Source: an uncultured Oscillospiraceae bacterium
GTDB lineage: Bacteria; Bacillota; Clostridia; Oscillospirales; Ruminococcaceae
Direction of reading: 5' to 3'
Length of the DNA stretch: 64,000 bases
Assembly (NCBI GenBank): GCA_934488695.1
Contig: CAKSSH010000001.1
Span: 7,476 to 71,475 of the forward strand
Positions 26,467 to 35,813 of this stretch are shown one piece after another (position 1 is the first letter of the stretch; the number at the start of each line of letters is the position of its first letter). The translations under genes and the position numbers were made by a program. Under the pieces are notes generated by a model that was given only the letters and a program-made list of their open reading frames with translations, had not been told where the DNA came from and did not search any database.

Positions 26467-27309
26467 ATGTCCGGAATCCTGTATGTCGTCGGAACACCGA
26501 TCGGCAATCTGTCTGATTTTTCGCCCCGAGCGATTGAGACACTGCGGCAGGTGGATTTTATTGCCGCGGAGGACACCAGGGTCACGCTAAAGCTCTTAAA
26601 TCATTTTGAAATCAAAAAGCCGCTGATTAGCTATTTTGAGCATAATCGTCAGGAAAAAGGTCGGCAGATTGCCGATCGATTGATGGCGGGAGAAAACGCG
26701 GCAATTGTGACCGACGCCGGCATGCCCTGTATTTCCGATCCCGGTGAGGATTTGGTGGCCTTGTGCCGTCAGCTTGGGATTCCGGTTGCAGTTGTTCCGG
26801 GCCCAACGGCGGCATTGTCTGCTGTGGCTGTGTCCGGACTTTCCTGTGGACGTTTTTGCTTTGAAGGCTTTTTGTCGACCGGCAAAAAAAGCCGTGCCGA
26901 ACACCTTGAAAAACTTCGGTACGAAGAGCGCACCATGATTTTTTACGAAGCGCCGCATAAACTGCGCGCAACCCTGAAAGATTTTGCGCAGACTTTCGGG
27001 CCGGAACGCCGGATTGCTTTGTGCCGTGAGCTGACCAAGCTGCATGAGCAGGTGCTTGAAATGACGCTGGAACGGGCTTGTGCCTATTATCAGGAACAGG
27101 AGCCTCGCGGCGAGTTTGTGTTGGTTTTGGAGGGAGCACAGATACCTTCGCAGCCCGAATGCACCATGGAGGAATGTCTTGAAGCCATGTGTGAAATGCT
27201 GCGTTCCGGGAAAAGCAAAAACGAGGCGGCGCGGCTTATGGCGCGTCGAAGCGGTTATCGTAAAAACGAACTGTATCGATTGCTTATTGAAAAGGAGGCG
27301 AAAAAATGA
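26467..27309 (+). CDS. rsmI: 16S rRNA (cytidine1402-2'-O)-methyltransferase
   Basis: Motifs LYVVGTPIGNLSDFSPRAIETL, IAAEDTR and ISDPG are typical RsmI tetrapyrrole-methylase fold signatures. Confidence 0.9.
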   Translation: MSGILYVVGTPIGNLSDFSPRAIETLRQVDFIAAEDTRVTLKLLNHFEIKKPLISYFEHNRQEKGRQIADRLMAGENAAIVTDAGMPCISDPGEDLVALCRQLGIPVAVVPGPTAALSAVAVSGLSCGRFCFEGFLSTGKKSRAEHLEKLRYEERTMIFYEAPHKLRATLKDFAQTFGPERRIALCRELTKLHEQVLEMTLERACAYYQEQEPRGEFVLVLEGAQIPSQPECTMEECLEAMCEMLRSGKSKNEAARLMARRSGYRKNELYRLLIEKEAKK

Positions 27310-28655
27310 ATTGTAGGTCTGTAATTGCCGGCGTTCTATGTTTTGCTCTTTGTATGGGAATGAGCAGCTGTAAGGGCAAAAAAAACACCAGTAGTACGGT
27401 TGCGGAAACAGAATCCTCTGTTTCCGATCAATCGGCGACAGATAAAAATTCGTCAAAAGTTAGCGATATTTCTTCTTTGGACGTTTCTGCCGTGTCCGGA
27501 AGCCGTCAAGCAAGCAGTAGTAAAAAAAATGATAAGGTGTCAAGCAGTAATCCTGTGCCAAGCAGCAAAAAGCCGTCGCAGGCTGCTTCTCAGCTTGACT
27601 CCGTGCCGCTGCGGCCGATTGATTCAGAACGGTATTACGGAAAACAGCTTTTAAAAAAGACGGGAAGTGCTGCCGAAAACGCGGCATACAACGCCTTTGT
27701 GGAGCAAATCGGCAATTATCAAAAGACGGTTGTTTTTGATTTTGACCTGACGATAGAGGAGGCAAAAAAGGCGTATTCTTACTATCGTGATGACTGGCCG
27801 CAGCATTTTTGGCGAGGAAATCAATACCATTTTTCCGCGCGTAATAATAAGGTTGTTACCATGACTTTTTCGGACATAACCGAAACGCCGGACCAGCTCC
27901 GGCAGAAGATGCAGCGTGTCACAGCTCAGGCTGAGGTTATTTTGAGTCAATTGAGCGCGTCAATGAGCGAATTTGAGCGGGAACGGCTGATTCACGATGC
28001 GATTATCAATAAGGTTCGATTTGATACGACACTAAAAGCGCCGGATGCGCACGACCTGTACGGCGCACTGGTGAACGGTAAAGCGGTTTGTGAGGGATAT
28101 GCTGCAGCCTTTCAGTACCTCATGCGTCAAGCCGGTATTCAATGTATCGTTGCTAAAGGGACGCTTACACAGGGCGGTCAGTCCGTTAACCATGCGTGGA
28201 ATATGGCGGAGATAGCCGGACAGTTTTATCATGTGGATGTTACGGCGGATGACCCGGTCATTTCCGGCTTTGACGATGTTTTAAAATTTAATTATTTCAA
28301 CGTGACACAACAGCGCATCTTGCGCGATCATACTTTGGAAGACAACGCTTATCCATTGCCGTCCGCCACGTCGGAAAAGTATGAATTTTTTAACCGAAAC
28401 GAACTGGTTTTTGACACGCTGAGCGTTGACGCGGTGGCTCGCGCCTATGTATACAGTGTGCGTCACGGCTATGCTTTTGCACATTTGCGACTGGTGAGCG
28501 GACGGGCAGAGGAAACGACTGCTTATTTGCAGCGTAATTTGTATTCTGTTGTGGATCGTGCTAATGAAATGCTGGGCGAAAAGAAAATTGAGACAAACGG
28601 CCAAATTCTTGTGATCACCGATTCGCTGAACAATATTTGCAGTATAAAGCTGTGA
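27306..28655 (+). CDS. lipoprotein with transglutaminase-like cysteine protease domain
   Basis: Lipobox GMSSCKG, then a Ser-rich linker. Cys-His-Asp core: GKAVCEGYAAAFQYLMRQAG, NHAWNMAEI, YHVDVTADD. The ATG overlaps the rsmI stop. Confidence 0.7.
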   Translation: MNCRSVIAGVLCFALCMGMSSCKGKKNTSSTVAETESSVSDQSATDKNSSKVSDISSLDVSAVSGSRQASSSKKNDKVSSSNPVPSSKKPSQAASQLDSVPLRPIDSERYYGKQLLKKTGSAAENAAYNAFVEQIGNYQKTVVFDFDLTIEEAKKAYSYYRDDWPQHFWRGNQYHFSARNNKVVTMTFSDITETPDQLRQKMQRVTAQAEVILSQLSASMSEFERERLIHDAIINKVRFDTTLKAPDAHDLYGALVNGKAVCEGYAAAFQYLMRQAGIQCIVAKGTLTQGGQSVNHAWNMAEIAGQFYHVDVTADDPVISGFDDVLKFNYFNVTQQRILRDHTLEDNAYPLPSATSEKYEFFNRNELVFDTLSVDAVARAYVYSVRHGYAFAHLRLVSGRAEETTAYLQRNLYSVVDRANEMLGEKKIETNGQILVITDSLNNICSIKL

Positions 28656-28727
28656 CCGGGCTTGTTCTTTGCAAAAAAATATGCTACAATATTTGAAAAA
28701 TAGTAATTTCGGGACAGGAGAAAATTT

Positions 28728-29360
28728 ATGGCAATAAAAAAGAATCAGCAAAACGAAGCGGATATTTTATCCGGAGAGCTGGAGCGGCTGCGGCGCCAGA
28801 CGGCTGAATTGGACCTTTCCGGCAGAAAAGCACAGCAGCGAAAAAAGAAACGTGTTGTGCTGCTGTCTGTTCTGACGGCGGTGGTTTTGCTTTCGGCGTT
28901 GATCGGTACAGTGATATATCTGAACGGACAGAGTGAGGTCAGCTGGGGGCCGAATGTTGCTGCGTCGGAAAGAACCGAAGAAAAGACCGAGGCTCATGAA
29001 AAACGGCTTAAAAAAATGGACGCTGCCATGAAAGAAAACGAGCAGGAGCGGCAGGGGCTTTGCTTTGCCGGGTACGACGCTTTCTTTGATGAAGAGGGAA
29101 ACCTGATTGTAGACGGGTATTTCCGTAATTTTACCGGCCATGAGGTTTATAATATCACCGGCAATGTTACGGTGACAACGCCGAACGAGGACAATGTCGG
29201 CGCGGCTTATTTTGAGTTTCCGGAGAAAGAGTTCGGGTCGCTCAAAAGCGGAAAATCTCGCCCGTGGCGACTGATTTTTGAAGATGATTATGTGAATGTT
29301 AATATTACAAACCTTTCAAAATTCAACATTACAACCGAGTTTGAATACTATCAAAAGTAA
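28728..29360 (+). CDS. hypothetical single-pass membrane protein
   Basis: 210 aa. Charged N-terminus, TM (VVLLSVLTAVVLLSALIGTVIYL), extracytoplasmic C-terminal domain. RBS GGAGAA. Confidence 0.45.
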   Translation: MAIKKNQQNEADILSGELERLRRQTAELDLSGRKAQQRKKKRVVLLSVLTAVVLLSALIGTVIYLNGQSEVSWGPNVAASERTEEKTEAHEKRLKKMDAAMKENEQERQGLCFAGYDAFFDEEGNLIVDGYFRNFTGHEVYNITGNVTVTTPNEDNVGAAYFEFPEKEFGSLKSGKSRPWRLIFEDDYVNVNITNLSKFNITTEFEYYQK

Positions 29361-29364
29361 AACA

Positions 29365-29401
29365 AAAAGGGATGATTTCCCTCGGGGAAATCATCCCTTT
29401 T
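29365..29401. terminator. bidirectional intrinsic terminator
   Basis: Perfect 15-bp stem AAGGGATGATTTCCC / GGGAAATCATCCCTT with loop TCG, flanked by A-runs and T-runs. Sits between convergent genes. Confidence 0.7.
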
Positions 29402-29408
29402 GCGGGAC

Positions 29409-29618
29409 TTAGTGAAACCGACACGGCATGCTGTCCAAAAAGCTTTCGACCGAGTTTATTGCTTTGTCGGCGCCTTTTTTAATGTTCTTTTTGGCGCGGC
29501 GATAGGTCTTGGAATTTTGTACGGCAGGCAACGTTACGGCGCCTAATGCTCCCAGTGTGATGCCGGCGGCCATTCCGATAGCAACGCCTGCAGTCATATT
29601 TTTACCTTTCGTTTTCAT
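29409..29618 (-). CDS. small Gly/Ala-rich membrane protein (glycine-zipper-like)
   Basis: 69 aa. RBS AAGGAG. Hydrophobic segment AGVAIGMAAGITLGALGAV followed by a basic tail. Confidence 0.4.
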   Translation of the reverse strand: MKTKGKNMTAGVAIGMAAGITLGALGAVTLPAVQNSKTYRRAKKNIKKGADKAINSVESFLDSMPCRFH

Positions 29619-29698
29619 AAAATCGCTCCTTTTCTTTAAGACTTTGCTATTATCATATCCCGAAATGTCCGTTTCACTCCCGAGAAAAGAGGAAAATC

Positions 29699-30211
29699 AT
29701 GCCGCAATTAAATCTTGTGCTTGTAGAGCCGCAAATCCCGCAAAATACCGGCAATATTGCACGAACCTGTGCCGTTACCGGCGCCAGATTGCATATTGTA
29801 AAGCCAATGGGCTTTACAGTTGATGACAAAAAATTAAAACACGCCGGGCTGGATTATTGGCACCTGTTGGACATTACCTATTATGAAAGCTTGGATGATT
29901 TTTTAAAACTGCATGCGCAGGACGCAGAGCGTTTTTATTTTTTCAGCACCAAGTCGCATCGGGTGTACAGCGACGTTGTTTACCCGGACGGGTGTTATCT
30001 GTTTTTCGGCCGTGAGGATCGCGGGCTGCCGGAAACATTGTTATTGCAAAATCGGGAACGCTGTGTCCGTATGCCGATGATTTCGCAGGCACGCAGTTTA
30101 AACCTGTCTAACTCGGTTGCAATCGGGGCGTATGAGGTGCTGCGGCAGTGGAATTTTCCCAATCTTGAGAATTTCGGAACGCTTTTTGACGAAAAAAGCG
30201 CTTTTTGTTAA
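29699..30211 (+). CDS. trmL: tRNA (cytidine/uridine(34)-2'-O)-methyltransferase, SpoU/TrmL family
   Basis: LVEPQIPQNTGNIARTCA, GREDRGLP and SLNLSNSVAIGAYE are the TrmL signature. 170 aa. Confidence 0.85.
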   Translation: MPQLNLVLVEPQIPQNTGNIARTCAVTGARLHIVKPMGFTVDDKKLKHAGLDYWHLLDITYYESLDDFLKLHAQDAERFYFFSTKSHRVYSDVVYPDGCYLFFGREDRGLPETLLLQNRERCVRMPMISQARSLNLSNSVAIGAYEVLRQWNFPNLENFGTLFDEKSAFC

Positions 30212-30220
30212 AAAAATATC

Positions 30221-30249
30221 TTGCAAAATTGAGCGGAATGAGATAGAAT
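30221..30249 (+). promoter_or_regulatory. candidate sigma-A promoter of pgk-tpiA-gpmI
   Basis: TTGCAA (30221-30226), a 17-nt spacer, then TAGAAT (30244-30249). Confidence 0.5.
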
Positions 30250-30299
30250 AATTAACGGAGAATCAGAAGTTTGGAAATTGATGGGAAAGGAAGATTTTT

Positions 30300-31493
30300 A
30301 TGACGTCTGTAAACAAAAAAACAGTTGAGGATATTGAGGTCCGCGGTAAGCGGGTGCTGGTCCGCTGTGATTTTAACGTTCCTTTTAAGGACGGAAAGAT
30401 TTCGGATGATAAACGTATTCGCGGCGCGCTTAAGACCATTCAATATTTGAAGGATCACGGCGCAAAGGTTATTCTTTGCTCTCATATGGGTCGCCCGAAG
30501 GGAGAATTTAACCCGGCTTTTTCATTGGCGCCGGTTGCGAAACGTCTTTCGGAGCTGCTCGGCTGTGAGGTCAAGATGGCTAAGGATGTTATCGGAGAGG
30601 ACGCTCAAAGAATCGTTTCTTCGCTGCAGGACGGGGAGATCGCCCTGCTTGAAAATGTGCGTTTCCATAAAGAAGAAACTGCAAATGCCCCCGATTTTGC
30701 AAAGAAGCTGGCTTCCTTTGCAGATATTTTTGTCAATGACGCTTTTGGTACTGCGCATAGAGCGCACGCCTCCACAGAGGGAGTCTCTCATTACCTGCCC
30801 TCAGTTTGCGGTTTCCTGATTCAAAAAGAAATCAGCATTATGGGCAAAGCGCTCAACGACCCCAAAAGACCCTTTGTGGCTATTCTCGGCGGTGCTAAGG
30901 TCTCGGACAAGATTGGTGTTATCAACAGCCTGCTTGAGAAGTGCGACACAATCATTATCGGCGGCGGTATGGCGTACACCTTCTTTAAAGCATGCGGTCA
31001 CGATATCGGCACCTCTATTTGTGAGGACGATAAAATTGAACTTGCGCGGGATATTATGAAAAAAGCACGCGATAAGGGTGTAAACTTCCTGCTTCCGGTG
31101 GATAATGTAATCGGCCGTGAATACAAAGAGGAAACCACCTATATGCGTATTTATTCCGATTCTATCCCGGACGGTTGGATGGGTCTGGACATCGGCGAAA
31201 AGACGCAGGAGCTGTTTGCTAAAACGCTGATTGGTGCCGGAACCGTTATCTGGAACGGTCCGATGGGCGTTTCCGAATGGAAGAACTTTGCATCCGGTAC
31301 AGTATCTGTGGCTCGCGGTGTTGCGGAAAGCGGCGCCATCTCCATTATCGGCGGCGGCGATTCTGCGGCCGCGGTCGAAAATCTCGGCTTTGCCGATAAG
31401 ATGACCCATATTTCCACCGGCGGCGGTGCTTCTCTTGAGTTTTTGGAGGGCTTGGAGCTGCCCGGCATCGCTTGCTTGCAGGATAAAGAATAA
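30300..31493 (+). CDS. pgk: phosphoglycerate kinase
   Basis: Motifs [15 protein letters not shown] and [15 protein letters not shown]. 397 aa. Confidence 0.95.
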   Translation: MTSVNKKTVEDIEVRGKRVLVRCDFNVPFKDGKISDDKRIRGALKTIQYLKDHGAKVILCSHMGRPKGEFNPAFSLAPVAKRLSELLGCEVKMAKDVIGEDAQRIVSSLQDGEIALLENVRFHKEETANAPDFAKKLASFADIFVNDAFGTAHRAHASTEGVSHYLPSVCGFLIQKEISIMGKALNDPKRPFVAILGGAKVSDKIGVINSLLEKCDTIIIGGGMAYTFFKACGHDIGTSICEDDKIELARDIMKKARDKGVNFLLPVDNVIGREYKEETTYMRIYSDSIPDGWMGLDIGEKTQELFAKTLIGAGTVIWNGPMGVSEWKNFASGTVSVARGVAESGAISIIGGGDSAAAVENLGFADKMTHISTGGGASLEFLEGLELPGIACLQDKE

Positions 31494-31547
31494 AAGAGCA
31501 GGCAGCTTTTTAAAAAGCTGCCTGTCCGTTTGTCAGGAGGAACTGAA

Positions 31548-32315
31548 ATGAATAAAAAATTGAGAAAAGCTGTCATTGCCGGCAACTGGAAGATGAATAA
31601 GACGCCGCGTGAGGCAGCAGCTTTGGTTTGTGAATTGAAAAAGACCGTTGCCGATGCCGGCTGCGAGGTGGTCATCTGTGTTCCGTTTGTCGATTTGGAA
31701 ACGGCATTGCGGGAAACGGCCGGAACCGAAATTCGGGTCGGTGCGGAAAATTGCCATTTTGAAAAAAGCGGAGCCTTTACGGGCGAAATCTCGGCGGATA
31801 TGCTGGCGGAAATGGGCGTAGAATATGTTATTATTGGCCATTCCGAGAGACGGACCTATTTTGGCGAAACCAATGAAACGGTCAATCTGCGGACACTTGC
31901 AGCACTGCGTGCCGGTCTGAAGCCGATTGTTTGTGTCGGTGAAACGCTGGAACAGCGCGAGCAGGGAATCACTCGGGAGCTGGTTGCCATGCAGGTGAAA
32001 ATTGCCTTGCAGGGCGTTACGGCAGATGAAATGAAACGGCTGATCATTGCTTATGAGCCTGTTTGGGCTATTGGTACCGGCAAGACGGCAACCAGTGAAC
32101 AGGCAAACGAGGTCAATGCTTGTATTCGAGCAACGGTGGCGGAGCTTTACGGCCAGGCTGTTGCGGATGGTTTGACGGTGCAGTACGGCGGATCCATGAA
32201 TGCCAAAAATGCAGAGGAGCTGCTGGCTCAGCCGGATGTTGACGGCGGTTTGATTGGCGGCGCTTCTCTGAAGGCGGAGGATTTTGGTATTATTGTCCGG
32301 GCAGCCGGCAAGTAA
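31548..32315 (+). CDS. tpiA: triose-phosphate isomerase
   Basis: ATG at 31548 follows AGGAGG. Motifs [25 protein letters not shown] and GGASL. Confidence 0.95.
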   Translation: MNKKLRKAVIAGNWKMNKTPREAAALVCELKKTVADAGCEVVICVPFVDLETALRETAGTEIRVGAENCHFEKSGAFTGEISADMLAEMGVEYVIIGHSERRTYFGETNETVNLRTLAALRAGLKPIVCVGETLEQREQGITRELVAMQVKIALQGVTADEMKRLIIAYEPVWAIGTGKTATSEQANEVNACIRATVAELYGQAVADGLTVQYGGSMNAKNAEELLAQPDVDGGLIGGASLKAEDFGIIVRAAGK

Positions 32316-32328
32316 AAGAGGTAAAAAA

Positions 32329-33843
32329 ATGAGTAAAAAACCACTTGTTTTAATGATTTTGGACGGATTCGGGAACGGTCCTGCTAAGGATAATGCCATA
32401 TATTCTGCAAAAACCCCGAACTTAGATCGCCTTTTTCGGGAAAATCCGCTGACAGAGATCGGCGCGTCCGGGGAAAGTGTCGGTCTGCCGGAGGGACAGA
32501 TGGGAAACAGTGAGGTTGGGCATACTAATATCGGTGCCGGCCGGATTGTATACCAGGAGCTGACGAGAATTTCCAAAACTATCCGGGAAGGTAAGCTTGC
32601 CCAAAACGAGGCACTTGCCAATGCTATGCAGCATGCTGCTGCGAACGGAAATACACTGCATCTGATGGGTCTTTTGTCGGACGGTGGTGTGCACAGCCAT
32701 CAGGAACATTTGTATGGGCTTTTGGAAATGGCCAAGTCGTTCGGCGTTCAAAAAGCATATGTACATTGTTTTTTGGACGGACGGGATGTTCCGCCCAAGT
32801 CCGGTGCAGAGTACATTGACGCGTTGCAGCACAAGCTTTCCGAGATTGGAATCGGTGAAATTGCAACTGTCATGGGACGTTATTATGCGATGGATCGTGA
32901 TAATCGTTGGGAACGGGTTGAAAAAGCGTATGCCGCCATGGTGTACGGTGAGGGCGTTGTATGTAATGACGCGCATCGGGCAGTTTTAGATTCTTATGCC
33001 CGGGACGTGACCGACGAGTTTGTCGTTCCGACGGTTTGCAACAAAGAGGGCGTTATCCGTCCGCAGGATTCGGTGATTTTCTTTAATTTCCGTCCTGACC
33101 GTGCCCGGGAAATCACCCGTACGCTGGTCGATCCGGATTTTCAGGGATTTGAGCGCCGCGGCGGTGCAGTGCTTCCGCATTTTGTTTGCATGACACAATA
33201 TGACGCGACCATGCCGAATGTGTCGGTTGCTTTTTCTCCGCAGTCGCTTAAAAACACATTGGGAGAATACCTTTCTCAGCATGGTATGACACAGCTTCGT
33301 ATTGCCGAAACCGAAAAGTATGCGCACGTGACCTTTTTCTTTAATGGCGGCGTTGAAACAGTTTACAACGGTGAGGATCGCTGCCTTATTGCATCTCCTA
33401 AGGTTGCAACCTATGATTTGAAGCCGGAGATGAGTGCTTTTGAAGTAACGGACAATGTGGTTGAGCGTATTGAAAGCGGAAAATATGATGTTATAATTTT
33501 GAATTATGCTAATTGCGACATGGTCGGTCACACCGGTGTTTTTGAAGCGGCAGTTGCTGCGGTCGAGGCGGTGGACACCTGTGTCGGTCGGGTTGTTGAT
33601 GCTACACTGAAGATGGGCGGCCGGCTGTTAATCACGGCCGATCACGGTAACGCTGATCATATGCGCGATGAGGACGGGAAACCGTTTACCGCGCACACCA
33701 CAAATCCCGTTCCGTTCTGTGTTGTCGGCGAGGCTTGTAAATTGCGTGATGGCGGAATTTTGGCTGACATTGCGCCGACCATGCTGAAAATGCTGAATCT
33801 TCCTCAACCGGCTGAAATGACCGGGAAAAGCATTATTTTGTAA
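32329..33843 (+). CDS. gpmI: 2,3-bisphosphoglycerate-independent phosphoglycerate mutase
   Basis: Start at [15 protein letters not shown] (32329). Motifs [23 protein letters not shown] and ITADHGNA. Confidence 0.95.
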   Translation: MSKKPLVLMILDGFGNGPAKDNAIYSAKTPNLDRLFRENPLTEIGASGESVGLPEGQMGNSEVGHTNIGAGRIVYQELTRISKTIREGKLAQNEALANAMQHAAANGNTLHLMGLLSDGGVHSHQEHLYGLLEMAKSFGVQKAYVHCFLDGRDVPPKSGAEYIDALQHKLSEIGIGEIATVMGRYYAMDRDNRWERVEKAYAAMVYGEGVVCNDAHRAVLDSYARDVTDEFVVPTVCNKEGVIRPQDSVIFFNFRPDRAREITRTLVDPDFQGFERRGGAVLPHFVCMTQYDATMPNVSVAFSPQSLKNTLGEYLSQHGMTQLRIAETEKYAHVTFFFNGGVETVYNGEDRCLIASPKVATYDLKPEMSAFEVTDNVVERIESGKYDVIILNYANCDMVGHTGVFEAAVAAVEAVDTCVGRVVDATLKMGGRLLITADHGNADHMRDEDGKPFTAHTTNPVPFCVVGEACKLRDGGILADIAPTMLKMLNLPQPAEMTGKSIIL

Positions 33844-33850
33844 ACAAAAA

Positions 33851-33883
33851 ATGAGCAAAAGAAAAACTTTTGCTCATTTTTTT
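33851..33883. terminator. intrinsic terminator after gpmI
   Basis: Stem ATGAGCAAAAG / CTTTTGCTCAT (11 bp) with loop AAAAA, flanked by an A-run and TTTTTTT. Confidence 0.7.
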
Positions 33884-33956
33884 ATCGGGGTCTTGATTTT
33901 TGCAGCGGCAAAGGATATAATAGAGTAAACAGTTTTATTGAACGGAGGTTTTTTCT

Positions 33957-34184
33957 ATGTTGAAAAAAGTTTTGGCCGTGATCGGATTTGTAGCTTTGAT
34001 TGCCGGAACAGTTGCCGGTGTGCTTTACTTCTTAAAACTTCGCCGTGAAGACGAAGAGCGTGACGAGTTTGATTTTGACAATTATGATTTTGATGATTGC
34101 TGCTGTGACGATTGTGACTGCCCCGAGGGCTGTGACGAGGATGCCTGCGCAGACGAAAAAAAATCAGAAGATTCGGACAAATAA
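33957..34184 (+). CDS. small membrane-anchored acidic Cys/Asp-rich protein
   Basis: 75 aa. RBS GGAGG at 8-nt spacing. One TM (VLAVIGFVALIAGTVAGVLYFL), then an acidic tail with 7 Cys in 17 residues (CCCDDCDCPEGCDEDAC). Has terminators on both sides. Confidence 0.5.
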   Translation: MLKKVLAVIGFVALIAGTVAGVLYFLKLRREDEERDEFDFDNYDFDDCCCDDCDCPEGCDEDACADEKKSEDSDK

Positions 34185-34190
34185 GCAGTT

Positions 34191-34226
34191 AAAAAGCCGG
34201 GACATGAGATGTCCCGGCTTTTTTTA
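34191..34226. terminator. bidirectional intrinsic terminator
   Basis: Stem AAGCCGGGACAT / ATGTCCCGGCTT (12 bp) with a 3-nt loop, flanked by AAAAA and TTTTTTT. Confidence 0.7.
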
Positions 34227-34228
34227 TG

Positions 34229-34918
34229 TCAATTTTCAGTGAGAACAGCTGTCAATTCATTTTCGCTACACAGAATATGCGTTGAGCGTTTGCCGACCTT
34301 TTCCCGATCACATAAAAAATAGCTTTTTCGAGACTGCGGCAGCAAAGCACGACGCAAATGAGTTTCAGCTTCGCTGTAGTCATATACCTTGCCGTCGCAA
34401 AAGCCGCTGCTGGAGAAGAAAAAAGCGTCAAAATAGACACTTTGAGCCATTTTAACCGCCCACTCGCCCGAAAAATTTTTAGAAAGTCGATCATACCGCC
34501 CGCCCAAGCAAAATGTCGGGATATCCAGCTCGGAAAGCAGCTGGCAAAGCTCGGCACCGTAGGTATAAACAACCAATCCTTTTTTGTGTTCAAGATAAGG
34601 GGCCATATGCAGGCAGGTCGAGGATCCATCAATAAACACAGTGCTGTTTTCCGAAACGAGCTCAGCCGCTTTGCGGGCGATCATGTCCTTAGCACGGTGA
34701 TTTTTTTGCAGACGCAGCTCAATCGGGGTGTTGACGTTGCTCCGAATCAGCTCGGCGCCGCCATAGCTGCGCTGTATCAGACCCATTCGCTGAAGCTCGG
34801 CCAGCTGACGCCGAATTGTCGACGGACTGGTATAGGTTGCGGATGCTAAAAATTTCACTGTGGCAAAGCCGTTTTTTTGAATAAGCCCCACCAATTTATC
34901 TATTTGTTCTTCTCTCAT
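34229..34918 (-). CDS. DeoR-family transcriptional regulator
   Basis: Start at MREEQIDKLVGLIQKNGFATVKFLASATYTSPSTIRRQLAELQRMGLI (an HTH region). C-terminal DeoR sugar-phosphate sensor domain (VFIDGSSTC). Divergent from the HAD/araM/araD genes. Confidence 0.8.
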   Translation of the reverse strand: MREEQIDKLVGLIQKNGFATVKFLASATYTSPSTIRRQLAELQRMGLIQRSYGGAELIRSNVNTPIELRLQKNHRAKDMIARKAAELVSENSTVFIDGSSTCLHMAPYLEHKKGLVVYTYGAELCQLLSELDIPTFCLGGRYDRLSKNFSGEWAVKMAQSVYFDAFFFSSSGFCDGKVYDYSEAETHLRRALLPQSRKSYFLCDREKVGKRSTHILCSENELTAVLTEN

Positions 34919-34935
34919 TGTACACCTGCACAATC

Positions 34936-34971
34936 GCTCAAAAAACAGCGCAAAAAATGCGCGTTTTGAGC
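34936..34971. promoter_or_regulatory. nested palindrome in the divergent deoR/HAD intergenic region (candidate operator)
   Basis: Outer arms GCTCAAAA (34936-34943) and TTTTGAGC (34964-34971) enclose GCGCA-AAAAA-TGCGC. Lies 18 nt upstream of the deoR start codon. Confidence 0.3.
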
Positions 34972-35008
34972 TGTTTTTGTGGAAATATAGCATATTAAGC
35001 GCCAAATA

Positions 35009-35036
35009 TTGCGTAATAAATCAATTCTGGTATAAT
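35009..35036 (+). promoter_or_regulatory. candidate promoter of the HAD-araM-araD operon
   Basis: TTGCGT (35009-35014), a 16-nt spacer, then TGgTATAAT (TATAAT at 35031-35036). Confidence 0.4.
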
Positions 35037-35075
35037 GATATCAGAATCTATCGGAGCTGTCAAGGAGAAAACAAA

Positions 35076-35813
35076 ATGAGCAAGAACAAAATTCGTTTAT
35101 TTGCTTTTGATTTGGACGGAACACTGACACAACACAAGACACCGCTTTCGGCGGAAAATCGCGCAGTTTTGGAAATGCTTGCCCGAAAATTTCATCTTTG
35201 CATGGTCGGCGCGGGGATGTGTCGACGTATTTATGAGCAGATGGGACGGTTTCCACTGGATATTATCGGGAATTATGGAATGCAAACGGCGTTATACAAT
35301 GCAGAGAGGGATGTGCTTGAAATTGTTGAGGATACAACCGTTCCGGCAGATTGTGCAATAATCGAAAAGCGGGTGACCGATCTGCGGGAAAGGCACGGAT
35401 TTTGTCATTTTTCCGGAGACAATGTGGAATACCATGCGTCCGGCTGCATTACATTTCCAATTTTAGGGACTGCTGCTGCCGCACCCGACAAGCTTGCCTT
35501 TGATCCGGATCGAGCAAAAAGACGGGCTATTTATGCGGATGTATGCAGTATGTTTCCGGAGTATACGGTGTTTGTGGGCGGTTCTTCTTCCTTTGATATT
35601 GTACCGAGGCCGTTTAACAAATACTATGCACTGGATCGGTATTGTCAACAAAAAGGGTTTTCGCATAGCGAAGTGGTTTTTGTAGGAGACGATTATGGAA
35701 TGGGCGGAAATGACGAATCGGTTTACCGGTCGGATATTTTGTTTTTAAAAACAGATGATTATCGAAAATTTCCGCAAATTATTCGGCGGTTTTTAGAGGA
35801 GGAATCGTTGTGA
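35076..35813 (+). CDS. HAD-superfamily (IIB/Cof-like) phosphatase
   Basis: ATG at 35076 follows AAGGAGAA. Motif I FAFDLDGTLT and motif IV VFVGDDYGMGGNDE. Confidence 0.75.
   Translation: MSKNKIRLFAFDLDGTLTQHKTPLSAENRAVLEMLARKFHLCMVGAGMCRRIYEQMGRFPLDIIGNYGMQTALYNAERDVLEIVEDTTVPADCAIIEKRVTDLRERHGFCHFSGDNVEYHASGCITFPILGTAAAAPDKLAFDPDRAKRRAIYADVCSMFPEYTVFVGGSSSFDIVPRPFNKYYALDRYCQQKGFSHSEVVFVGDDYGMGGNDESVYRSDILFLKTDDYRKFPQIIRRFLEEESL

Noticed and set aside
25196-27456. 311-aa, 286-aa and 170-aa minus-strand ORFs antisense to the MBL/methyltransferase/rsmI operon
   Set aside because: They are Arg/Pro/Ser-rich shadow frames overlapping genes with clear catalytic motifs on the plus strand.
31533-32621. 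362-aa ORF antisense to tpiA/gpmI
   Set aside because: It is a shadow ORF across two canonical glycolytic genes and their intergenic RBS region, with no family resemblance.
30300-33843. Glycolytic operon lacking gap upstream and eno downstream, considered as a sign of rearrangement or loss
   Set aside because: Gene order of glycolytic clusters varies widely among Clostridia, and gap/eno may simply lie elsewhere. Nothing in the sequence (remnants, repeats) indicates a deletion.
33957-34184. Cys-rich miniprotein as a SCIFF/ranthipeptide-type RiPP precursor
   Set aside because: There is no adjacent radical SAM maturase, protease or exporter. The N-terminal TM helix and poly-acidic tail do not resemble the SCIFF consensus I recall. 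It is kept as a finding under a metal-binding hypothesis instead.
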